64,000 bases of DNA from Octopus sinensis (lineage: Eukaryota): NCBI RefSeq assembly GCF_006345805.1, contig NC_043002.1:26288001-26352000 (forward strand). The letters are read 5' to 3'. Position numbers and translations under genes: made by a program. The notes under the pieces are model-generated. The model worked only from the letters and a program-made list of their open reading frames with translations. It was not told the origin of the DNA and searched no databases. This document shows positions 1 to 11,770 of this stretch, one piece after another (the stretch's first letter is position 1; each line of letters starts with the position of its first letter).

Positions 1-106
1 CAAACATGCTGAAACATATTCAACTGTATATACACATGTATACAAGCTTTTCTGTATAATATATGTGACTATGTTTATATGTATGTATTGTATATATATA
101 ATATAA

Positions 107-494
107 TTCAGTCATTTTTTTTACTGTGGCCATGCTCGAGCACCGCCTTTAGTCGAGCAAATCGACTTCAGGACTTATTCTTTGCAAGCCTAGTACTTAT
201 TCTATCGGTCTCTTTTGCCGAACCCTAAGTTACGGGACGTAAACACACCAGCATCGGTTGTCAAGCGATGTTGGGAGGACAAACACAGACACACAAACAT
301 ATACACACACATACATATATATATATATATACGACGGGATTCTTTCAGTTTCCGTCTACCAAATCCACTGACAAGGTTTTGGTCGGCCCGAGGCTATAGT
401 AGAAGACACTTGCAGAAGGTTCCACACAGTGGGACTGAACCCGAAACCTTGTGGTTCGTAAGCAACTACTTACCACATTGCCACTCATGCGTCT
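107..494 (-). mobile_element. tRNA-derived SINE, family A (octopus-type), near full length
   Basis: Reverse complement matches the + copy at 22565-22903: tRNA-like head with B-box GGTTCAGTCCC, body CTACTATAGCCTCGGGCCGACCAAA, internal (CA)/(TA) microsatellite and CAGTC/GACTG tail. Confidence 0.9.
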
Positions 495-599
495 AGAAAT
501 AAATGTAGGAATAGGAAACTTAGGATCGATATCTGCGCCGGGTAATGCATTGTGTTGTTGAACAAGGCACTCTACTTCACATTGCTTAGTTGAAATCAC

Positions 600-790
600 G
601 TTCCAAAAGATTGCCGCTACTGCTGCTATCTCTACTTTCAGTTATACATATGCTGAATGTGCCGCTCGGTCAAAATGTCGAGAGTCAAGATGGTGTTTGC
701 ATCTGCTGCAAAGTTATAGGCACCTAAAAATTAGGGAAAGCGTTGTACATGTTATAAAACAAATTTTGTTCGCGGATGACAGTTAGCTCT
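600..790 (+). mobile_element. Degenerate RTE-like LINE RT remnant
   Basis: One frame reads ...HLKIRESVVHVIKQILFADDS*, resembling the RTE-clade RELLFADD motif. Short and decayed. Confidence 0.4.
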
Positions 791-2155
791 CCGCATTTAA
801 TTATATATAAATATTTGATTTATATTCGTGTCCAGTGCTCGATTACCATACAAATTTTGAAGACTGTTCATAAGTTAATAACATAAGACAATGTCCTGCA
901 GCGGGAAAGATGGGCAATTTCCTAATGAAATTTAATTGAAAATCCTATGTCACTCTGACAATGATGACAGGCAGCATATCATGTCTTCGTAAAAGCTTTG
1001 TGGCTAAGGAGCCGATGTGGAACCCCTGGTCCTAGTGTTCTACTTAAAATCTACAATGGTGGATGATTTGTTTGTCTGTAGAATTTCAATGAATGGCTTG
1101 CAAATAGCTTAACACGAGTTACAAATGAGGAAATCCCATGTAAATTATCAGTTTGGTTACATATATTTCCCTTTACACAGTGAATTCAATATTGCATGTT
1201 TCTAATTTAGCTGAACTGGTGAACTATACCACATATCAAAAATTAGTGCGGTCTACTATCAATACAACATCGATACCTTGTTTAATAACCTCAAGTACTA
1301 TGCCAATCATTTTCCGGAGAATTTCTTGGATTGATATGTTTAATGGTAATTTTGATTTCTATGTAAACATTATCAGCTTCTTCAACAATATGGTATTTCG
1401 TTGCGTCATCCCTATCGGTTTTCTCTATGTAACACTGATCTATGGTGCTTCAATAATTCATCTGAAGTCAAAATTTGTCTTTCTCCTTAAATTAGGTATG
1501 AGTGATTTCTGTCATACTTGATGTTTAGGTGTTAGATATTTTGGGGTTATTTTCATCGAACCGACATTTATGTCTTTATTGTTTCTTTACTTTCTGAGGC
1601 CCACAATATTAACACATGTTTTTTTTCCTGAAGGCCCAAAGATTGACTCCTGTTTGGAGTTTGTTCATGAATAACCACACAACAGGCTTTCAATAGTTCT
1701 GCATAGAAACACAAATATTGCTGGATTTTGGAGCAATACAATTTTCAACAGTCACATAATTTTGTACTATTGCGTTTAAACTTTTTTCCTACAAACTAAC
1801 AAGTTACAATGTCATGTCTTCTTAATTTCATATACGCATGGTGAATAGGTAACGGCCAATCATGTGACCTTATTGATTGCCAACGTATTCTATATTTTAC
1901 GAATTTAAGAAAATTGGTGAGCTCCAATACTGCTTACTCTGTAAAAGGAAAAGGCATTAAATCACAATAAGATACTTTTCGTAGTATTTTCTACCTTGAA
2001 AATATTTAAATATAGTTGCGATATTCATCATACCTTTATTGAAGAGTTTGCAGACACGCATATATTTCATACTTGTCTCAAGAGTGTGAGAGAGGATTCA
2101 GATTGCATAGAAGCATTGTCATACACACACAGACACACACACACACACTCACTCA

Positions 2156-2228
<73 letters not shown>

Positions 2229-2844
2229 TCACACACACACACACACACACACATACACACAGATGTGCTGACTTGCTTTCTGCTCCAACCACTTTTCGTA
2301 TTTGCAGCATCTGTTCTTAATTAAAAGATCAATATCTATTTGCAAAATTGAATTCATTTAATTTTTACTAGAAGCATTATCGGGACGTCTACGTAGTCAC
2401 TTGCTTGATAGAAATATCAGCTAAGGCCTACTACTATCAAAAATACGACAATGCTATAGCCACGGATTTGACCAAAATCAAAGTTTTCACTCGTCTTTCA
2501 TTCAATATCGATCGCATGATTTCAAAGATAAAGTAGGACTTAAAACGCCCAATTGTATTAATCAATTCATGTTCAAAATTAGCACCAGGATTTTATATAT
2601 TATTTTTTATATACAATTTTGGGGTTTTTATGTAGATCGATATACACTCATAATTTTGTTGATTTAAGTATTGTTTTTTACTGTGACCGATATCCGCCTT
2701 TAGGTTCTATTATGGCACGCTTCCCAGGCGTTGTCATTGACGTCAGGACTTAAGGGCTCTTCAGTTGTGGATCTTCGCCGGGAAACCCTTCTCGCTAATG
2801 CCTTCTGAGAAACAATGGTGACACGAAGAAAAAAGTCCAAATAT

Positions 2845-3350
2845 GATGAGATTAGCTGCTGTTTCTAGTAAGTCGATCGAACATTATCGACCACCAAGTG
2901 TCCTAAAGTAAATTTTCAGAAACAAAGTAGCGGTCCAGATATCAAATTTACGACTCATTAATCATTACATATTAATGACTCATTAGCAATTAGTCAAAAG
3001 CTTGTAAGATAAACTGATACTTCAGTAGATCGATCGACAACCAGATAGCAGGATGAAGTAAATTTTCAGAAGAAAATTAGTGACTGAGATATCGAACTGA
3101 TAATTCGTTCATTACTAAATACTAACAACTCATTAACTGTAAGTAAAAAACTTGAGAACTTGGCTGTTATTTCTAGCAGGTCAGTTGACATCTAAGTGGC
3201 TGAAATAAGTAAATTTTCTGAAGGAATATTGTGGTCGAAATTTGTGAGATTGGTTGCTATTTCTAGTAAATTGATACACTGGAGGAATATTCCTCAGAAG
3301 AAATATAGTGGGTAAGATATCACACTAACATGTCATTAATCATTAGTTAC
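2845..3350. repeat. Degenerate tandem array, ~160-bp period, 3-4 units
   Basis: Recurring blocks GCT(G/A)TTTCTAG, AAGTAAATTTTC(A/T)GAA, AGATATC and CTCATTAA at roughly 2850, 3010, 3160 and 3255. Confidence 0.55.
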
Positions 3351-4450
3351 GTTCAGAAAATAGATTCAGGAATCTCGTTTTGTCTTTTTGAACACAAGAC
3401 ACCATTGCACTGAATAGTAAGTTAGGAAAAGAAAAAGATATTTCTAATGTTATGTCGGATCTAGTAATGTATGACTGTTATCTGGTTAATCCCAGATAAA
3501 TAAGAACTGTCCTCTCCGCAAAACAATTAGAGATATGAAGATTACGTTAATATTTCACGAAATAAACGATATCTAATGCTGTGTCCATTGACGCTAAGTT
3601 TTAAATGCCATTATAGCAGATATTAGAGTAGCTGTTAAGAACAAAAGACAGGAATAACGGCAATACGTCTAAGGTTTATTAAGTTTACACTTTACACTCA
3701 CTAACTGGAGAAGCTAGTGCTTTTACTTAAAAGTTTCCAATGATTTCTTCTTGCGGAAATTCTGCTTGTATTATTTCATATCTTATTATTTTTATTATTG
3801 TCAATTGGTTTCAGTCACTGGACCGTGGCCATGCTGGGGCATAAATTTTTCAGGATTTTTGGTCAATTGCATGATACAAAACCTGGTAATTTGACTGATG
3901 TCATGAATCTAATACGAAATAACAAGCAAGTAGTCGTCAGGGGGAAAAGGAATATAACTCAGACATAACTAAATAGTACACTGTTATACTTCTTGGCCGA
4001 AGGTTTTTTATTAATTCACTGTCAATATAGGTACACAAACATAAATGAACACACACACACACATGCATGCACATATAAATATGTACATGTACGTATATCC
4101 ACGCATATGCGTGAATATATGAATGTGTGCATGTCTATATATAGTGGTCATTTATTAAGCTGTGTTCGCGTCACTTTTCATGTAAGATAGAACAGACAAA
4201 TTTTGACTCAAGTGTTCGAATTCCAAGACTGTTATTCGCTGCCATCATTAAATATCAAATCTGTAATGCTATATACTCTAAGTGTTCAATGTGAACGCTG
4301 CGCACCCAACAAAGATGGTAAATTTCATTATATTAAAGTCACACGATAACATATTCATGGATCGTAATGGGAATACCAATTTGTTTCTCACCCCTCATGT
4401 AGTAGGGTAATAGTTTATTTCTGAAACATCACTGCATACTACACAACTAG

Positions 4451-4501
4451 TTGAATCACATGCACTTGACGGATGACAGGATAAGGGGAGAGCGACAAAA
4501 G
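4451..4501 (+). other. Candidate exon (possibly 5' UTR)
   Basis: Strong donor CAAAAG|GTGAGT at 4501/4502. The acceptor (ACAACTAG|) is weak. Confidence 0.3.
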
Positions 4502-5002
4502 GTGAGTAATATGGGGACAAGGATAGAAAGGAGATGTCATTTCTATAGTACGCATTCAATTTATTATTCGTTTTTAAAACCTTTCTAAGTCATTTACTAG
4601 ATATTTGCATTCCCTCAAGATAAGCAGTCCGTCAGTTCTATTATTTGAATTTATTTACCCCCTTTCTCTTTTCATTTACTTCTTGGTATATTACTTCTTG
4701 TGTATTTAAAACTTACGGTTGCTTATTAGATGTGACACTCCCCTATAATCAAAATTTCATATCCTTGGTGGCCACTTATATGTGTAAGTTAATCCATCTT
4801 ATTAACTCTAACTTCATTTTATTATTAATTCTGTTCTTGCAGCATCGTGATATAATTTGATCATAAGTTACTTGCAAATTTAATGACACATTCTCCGAAA
4901 AGAAGACGAAGTCTGAATAAAGTTGCCAAAATTTTCTATAGTTACTTTTTGTTTAGTATTTACGATGTATATGTAGGAACAACAATTTTGTTCATATTTC
5001 AG

Positions 5003-5045
5003 TTCGGCATCTATCAGTCCTATAATTTACACCATGGTTGCGAGG
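5003..5045 (+). CDS. Candidate 43-nt exon containing a possible start codon (MVAR)
   Basis: Acceptor TTTTGTTCATATTTCAG|, donor GAGG|GTGAGT, and ACACCATGG start context. Confidence 0.45.
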
Positions 5046-5144
5046 GTGAGTAATAAGACTATATCTTTGAACCAGTAATTGGAAATTGGAAGTTAGCGTC
5101 TGATGTATTTATGTGTGTGAGTATGTGTCTGTGTGTGTGAATAT

Positions 5145-5221
<77 letters not shown>

Positions 5222-5898
5222 AGCAAAAATGCGATTAAAAAATCCTGACTGATATCAAGTAAGCACTCAGTATAAATGAAAAAGGTTAAACTTTCAACAT
5301 GTAGTTTCCAGTAAATGTATGTAGAATACAAATCCAAGACATATCCTCATGTATAGCAGGTAAATCCCAAAATCCTTAAGCAGAATTTTAAGAAATTCAG
5401 AGTATTATCAACAATCAGAAATGTGTACGAAGAAAATCCTTTCTTCATTTTAGATCACACCTTAAAAATCCCAAAATTCTTTCAATTGCATTAAGATGTA
5501 CATACATATACAAATTTGTATTCATATATACTTATATATATACGTAATATCAAAATTAATATGTACGAAAATTTATGTCAACACATGATCAAGGTAATTC
5601 AAATTAGTGAAGTATATATATATGTATGTGCGTGTGTGTATATATGTTATAGCTGTATTATATAGTGCTACTATTACTGTTTAACGTTATCAATACAGTG
5701 CATATTTTCCAATATTAAATGCCTGCACAATGTTCAAACTTCGAACAAGGCCACTCCACAATTCCCTGAATAAAACATCATACACCTATTGATACGGTTA
5801 AACGAGGATTCACTGTTCATACAATAAAGAAAATAAGGTCTAGTGTGGCGTGCGTCTAAATTGCACACTAACCTAACATATATATTTACCCTGTCAAG

Positions 5899-6101
5899 TC
5901 AAACACATTCCGGTGTGCTGCTCTTCGACGGCTTAATGCGGAGGGGCAGAATGAAGGAACACGGTCAAATTGCAATGTATTCCAATGTACGCATTACTTC
6001 GAAAGTAATGGAAAGGATATGGCCTGGAGTTATGAATCTTATGTCAGTCCATTCACGATTGATATGGGATACAAAAATCATAGTTCCTTCATTAAAGATA
6101 G
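5899..6101 (+). CDS. Candidate 203-nt coding exon of an unidentified gene
   Basis: Non-repetitive and less AT-rich than its flanks. Open frame SNTFRCAALRRLNAEGQNEGTRSNCNVFQCTHYFESNGKDMAWSYESYVSPFTIDMGYKNHSSFIKD, with donor GATAG|GTAAAT. The phase-0 start fits the 5003-5045 exon. The acceptor (TTTACCCTGTCAAG|) is weak. Confidence 0.45.
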
Positions 6102-6261
6102 GTAAATGACAATTATCCGTTTTGGCTTTCGTTCCCACTTTGCGGCGACGTGAACAAGTGTTTTTTTACTATAGCCTTGGAATGAATAATGCATTATGGG
6201 CCAATTTCGAAGATGGAATATGTGTGGAAAACGATTTCTGTGTGTGTGTGTATTACTTTTT

Positions 6262-6652
6262 TACTTTTATTCTTTTACTTGTTTCAGACATTTGGCTTCA
6301 GTCATGCTGGAGCACTTCCTTTAGTCGAACAAATCGACCCTAGGACTTATTATTTGTAAGCCTGCTACTTATTCTATCAGTTACTTTTTTTTGCTGAACC
6401 GCTAGATTATGGGGACATAAACACACCAACATCGGTTGTCAAGCGAAGGTGGGAGGACAAACACAGACACACAACATCTACATATATATGTATACGATGA
6501 GCCTTTTTCAGTGTCCCTCTACCAAATCATCTCACAAGGCTTTGGTCGGCCCGAGGCTATAGTAGAAGACACTTGCGCAAGGTGCCACGCAATGGACTGA
6601 ACCCGGAGTCATGTGGTTGGGAAGCAAGTTTGTTACCCCACAGCCACTCCTG
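6262..6652 (-). mobile_element. SINE family A, near full length
   Basis: Same head, body and tail as 107-494. Confidence 0.9.
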
Positions 6653-6763
6653 TATGTATGTATGTATGTATGTATGTATGTATGTATGTATGTATGTATG
6701 TATGTATGTATGTATGTATGTATGTATGAATGTATGTATGTCTGTATATACAATTGTAATTAT

Positions 6764-7170
6764 ATGTGACTAGGGTGTTAAGAAACATCTACATTGCTAG
6801 AAATATGTGCTAAAATGCTTTAATGCGGTAGTTAACGCACATGAATGAAAACATATGCACTAATAGGGACCTGAATCGTCCAAAAATACCCACCGAGAAT
6901 TCTTGATACTGACAGCAGTTTCGGCAATTTCCTTTACCTCATCAGTTAAGCCCGCTCGATCTCAGCTTTCTTCGGCTTGCTTCCCAATTAGTATATAAGT
7001 TTTCGCCATTCAAATTGATGGATGAATTAGCGATATGATAATGTGTATACATAAAATTAATATAAACAGTAGGCTGCAATGTTTCACCAAAAAGGGGGAT
7101 TATAGTTGTCACTAAATATAACTAGGGTGTTAAGAAACACCGACTTTGTTAGAAATACGATCTAAAAAGC
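6764..7170 (-). mobile_element. 352-bp terminally redundant, HHR-containing non-coding element (retrozyme/PLE pLTR-like)
   Basis: ~55-bp direct repeats at 6764-6818 and 7116-7170, with an identical core ACTAGGGTGTTAAGAAACA at 6769 and 7121. Internal HHR, and microsatellites on both flanks. Confidence 0.6.
6906..6950 (-). ncRNA. Type I hammerhead ribozyme motif (stem I defective in this copy)
   Basis: Minus strand: CTGATGA-GGTAA(aggaaa)TTGCC-GAAA-C(tgct)G-TC. Canonical core, 5-bp stem II, short stem III and GUC triplet. The flanks (cttaa / agtat) do not pair well. Confidence 0.65.
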
Positions 7171-8350
7171 TATATGTGTGTGTGTGTGTGAATATATATA
7201 TATAGATATTATGTATATATGTATATATATATACATACATATGTATGTATGCATATATATATATACACATATATAAGTGTATGCACACACATACGCACAC
7301 GCTCACGCACATACACACACATATATTTGGTTAATGAGAGAGATGGAGGATGGAAGATACAAGAATCGTTATTTTTCGCTACAATTGTTTCGACCCATCT
7401 AGCGTCGATCCCTAACGGGTGGGATAATTAATAATTGGTTTAGGATCGTTCGTTGGTGTAGACGTGTGTCTTCTGGTAACAAGTAGATATAACTCGTTAA
7501 GATAACCACTGTCCTACAGTTAAAATATGATTAAGAAACTGAAATAGCTGTAGCTTGGAAGCATATGGAAAAGTCTCACATGATTGAAACGTGGCACTAA
7601 ATGAGATACATGGAATAATCGACTCTCCAACATATGTTCTAAATGTAATATATAACTGCAACATAGTTAATAATGTATTATGCGAACGTACTTCTCCTAG
7701 CTGGCAATATATCAACCACTTCGACCAAATGATGTGTCCACGCACCCTAAATAATACAATATACGCTACAGTACTTACACGCATGCGATCAACAGCTATA
7801 CCTAAATGAACAGATGTTACATAATTGCCCAGTCATCATTAAATATTAACCATTACAAATTGCTCTAAGTCACTTCTTTTCTCACTATAAATCGTTATCT
7901 CCATAGAAACACACTGTTTACTTCCGACCGTAAATCGTAAAAGTCAAATTATGTAAAGATAAGAACAAGCTTCTGAATAACAAAATATTTGATACTCTAC
8001 CACAGCAATTTTACTTAATTAATGGAATTCAATACTTCAGCATATATTTTATTGCATTACAAGAGAAAGGGACCACTGTGATAATGACGTTAATTAATAT
8101 TGTTCTTTAATAATAGGCTACAAATGCGTATATAGATACGTCATTCAAGATAATCGTCCACATGTATGATTTTATAAATCTGTCTAACAATAACTTTTCT
8201 GTATAATTGCTCAACATGTAGAAATTGCAGCTATATATGTGGTACTATAAAGTTGAACATGACCTGGGCCAATTTTTGGACGAAACAGCAAAATATAAAA
8301 TGCCAATAAACGAAACTCTCGGCCTTTGAGTCACTCAAGAATTTCAAACG

Positions 8351-8373
8351 ATTATTATTATTATTATTATTAT

Positions 8374-8410
<37 letters not shown>

Positions 8411-8430
8411 GGTGGTAGTAGTAGTAGTAG

Positions 8431-8463
<33 letters not shown>

Positions 8464-8464
8464 C

Positions 8465-8503
<39 letters not shown>

Positions 8504-8504
8504 G

Positions 8505-8561
<57 letters not shown>
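8351..8561. repeat. Palindromic compound trinucleotide microsatellite
   Basis: (ATT)n(AGT)n(GGT)n(AGT)n | (ACT)n(ACC)n(ACT)n(AAT)n, centred at 8431/8432. Confidence 0.95.
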
Positions 8562-8956
8562 GGGGAGAAAAGGGGAGAAAAGTTGAGAAAGAAGTATATT
8601 TAAAAAGTGGACGGTTGATTAACTGATCCTCCTGTATTTTCTTTTACCCAAAGCCAAGAATTTTTCAACACCACCTCGTATTATTTTCTAAATTCTTTCT
8701 TGTTCTACTGTTATGCTTTCTTTTTTGTTTTCATTCATTACCATAATAGGAATAGATCAAAATCCAGCTGCCGATTTCGTGAACACCGATCTAAATGCTC
8801 GTTCAGAAAAGTTTCTCGTTGACGTTGTCGTCGTCGACTAAATATCTAAAGTTCGATGTAATGTTTGTAAGTAACTGGATATTTATTAGTAAGTTCAGAC
8901 TTATTATTATTATTTCGAATGTTGTTGATTTTAATTAACCTTTAATATTGTAATAT

Positions 8957-9133
8957 TGGTTTCACATTTTAGCACAAGGCCAAGAATTCATGAGAGCAGG
9001 TTTGTATATTACATTGACGCCAGAAATGATGGAAAGTCAACACCGGCCGAATTTAAACTCAGAGCATAAAGACAGATGACATGATGCTAAGCATTTTGCG
9101 CGGCGTGCTAGCGGTTTTGCCAAGGCCGTTGCC
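8957..9133 (-). mobile_element. SINE family B, internally deleted
   Basis: Reverse complement contains CTAGCACGCCGCGCAAAATGCTTAGC...GAGTTTAAATTC, similar to the head at 19647. Confidence 0.7.
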
Positions 9134-11399
9134 TTCTTTTTAATATTCAGATACTCTCCTCATTTTGTGGGGTCGCGTTTTAAAAGTGGCAAATTTTAAT
9201 CTATTATATATTAAATATATACATTATAAGGCTCTATATTCATATCATGGGATGAACTTCAAGTTAGAACATCAAATCTAGCTAAAAGTGCACGTACCAT
9301 ACTATCAAATCTGAACAGTCTGAAGGAAAAACTAATGGAACTAAGATATATTTAGCATGAAAGCGTCTAGTCTCAATAATTAATTCACAATAAAATGAAA
9401 GGTACAGAGGCAACTGAGATCAGAAATTTAAGAACAGAATAAAGCCAGAGTTTTTTGCTTTGGTACTTAAATTATAGTTGTTGACAGTTTTAATTGCCTA
9501 TCTCTTCACAATCTTATTACTAGACTATAAACTGCATTTAATGATTTCTGACTTAGGGACAATGTCACATACTTATCGGCGGAGGAATTCGGATGAAAAT
9601 ATTCGATGAAATCAACTCGATAATCGAGTTATATTTATTTAATCGACTGCGAAAGTTTCAAATACAGCGCAGTTTGTTCAACACTATGTTGATTCTAATA
9701 ATCCATAAAATATATTTTTCTGTATGTATAGATATATACATACTACATAGGTACATATATGTACAAATGTATACATACATACGTTCATAAATGTGCAACT
9801 ATAAACGTGCATACCTACACACACACATACACGCACACATATACATACACACATATACATACACACATATACATACACACGTGTCATTGTGTATGTGTGC
9901 TTAAGTATTAATGTCTAAATAATTTAAATAATTATTTTAGCTGTTTTTATTTCAATTGCGTGTAGGAGGTCCAATATTCACATTGATGTAGTCTGTTTTA
10001 AAAGAGAATTCGTACAATTAGTTCAAACTATGCAAGACAGCAAAGTTTGAAAATTTCCACAGAGGGGAAACCCTACATCTTTATTTGAACTACAATAAAT
10101 AATAGGGAAAATAAGCTCAAAATCCACCCTGCTCAATTACCAAAGGATACAGTGGTTACGGTAAACGAAGCATAAAGAAAAGTGTGATAGCCAATTAGAA
10201 ATACTTTTGATCAAGGACGACAAGGGTTCGAACATAAAGAAATGTTATCATATTTGTCCCTAGAGTTACTGGTAAGCTTCTTTGAAATTAAGTCCAAGCA
10301 GCTTCATTGATTACGGTGTTTTAATATTCAAAGATAGCATCACTAATTAAATTTGTTCTCATATTAGATGGTCGATATTATGCCTAATGAACAACATCGT
10401 TTGATTAAATCTAAATATTTGTTCGCCTTTAGAATTTTGTTTGATGTGTCGCATTTGTGGACATTGATGTGTATAAAGATTGTATCATCTATACGTATAC
10501 AGACACTGTAGAAACATCAGCATATTATCACATTCTACAAGCGTAGATATATATGAGTGCCTGTGCATATATATATATATAAATGTGTGTGTGTGTGTGT
10601 GTTTATGTATCTATGTATGTATATTTATATGCACTATGTATGTGGGCATGGTGTATTATGTCTGAGCTTATTTTGCTGTCACCTACCCACTGTATACATA
10701 CAAATACATAATTACATAGATATATATGTATACATATATTTGTGTATGTGTATGTGTATGTGTATTATTATATACACACAGAGATTTTTAGCACCTATTT
10801 AACAATATGGTTGGGTGACCGTCTGTTCCAGATACTCAGATTGAATCTAGACAATGAATAGTATATCATCTTTCATAATGTCGTTAATTGTAGACGTGTC
10901 TCTGAAGTTGAAATCTGGGGATCAAAAAATTCGTTTGAGGTATGTGATATTTTGTTAATTACATGTTATAAAAATGACCGTTATATTGTTGACACAAAGG
11001 TGCGCATATTTGTGATGAATCATCAATATATGATCTGTTTAGATCTATTTGAGGACGAATTTGGTTTATGTGTAGTTGAATGAGAATTAAACTTCACATC
11101 CTCCACTACTCGGAGTTCCTTTAGCAAATACTCCCACCCTGATGATACGCATCCATACTCATACACACGCACACTCAATCAAACACTCACTCATCAACGA
11201 GCTGATGCCATCCACCCTCATCCACGCGCCACGTTAAACACGTGCACCTTCCCGTATACACAGGTATAGCTAATACAAACGGATAGGTATCAAGCAACCA
11301 CATCCACACACTCATACATCTGGTACAAACACATAATTTCGCCCGTCATGTTTCCGGCCTTGAAGTTCTTATAGAAGCCGGCCAAACACCAAGCGGCCA

Positions 11400-11600
11400 G
11401 TAGTTTCCTAAGTAACGACACCTGTCCAAGAAATACTACTATCAAATGCATTTGGATTTCATTTCTAACAAAACCACGTGACCGGCGTTGCCCAAGAGCA
11501 GCCCAGCGTCCGGTAGCCATCTTCGCCTTCGTTAGTCGGAGCCTCAACAAGCTAGGATTCTGTAAGAAGCTTGCCAAGCTTCAAGTCGTAGGGAGGTGAA
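11400..11600. promoter_or_regulatory. Candidate Pol II promoter / first exon
   Basis: Locally GC/CpG-rich. X-box-like GTTTCCTAAGTAAC (~11403), E-box CACGTGAC (~11476), YY1-like GCCATCTT (~11517), and possible + donors TCT|GTAAGA and GAG|GTGAAT. Confidence 0.4.
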
Positions 11601-11729
11601 TCAAATCAGTTTTAAACAATAAATCTTACTAAATATATTGAGTGCCTTTTATTTCGTGTTTTCACTTAGTCATAATATATAATGTATAATATAAATATGT
11701 GTATATAATGTATAATATATTTGTATGTA

Positions 11730-11764
<35 letters not shown>

Positions 11765-11770
<6 letters not shown>

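Noticed and set aside
1153-1780. 122-aa ORF and possible retroelement remnant on the opposite strand
   Set aside because: No convincing RT, EN or other motif in any frame I translated.
2740-2775. Minus-strand CTGAAGA-GCCC as a hammerhead
   Set aside because: No GAAA or closing stem II downstream.
11290-11577. 95-aa minus-strand ORF as a gene
   Set aside because: No recognisable domain and no strong donor. The region is better treated as a promoter-like island.
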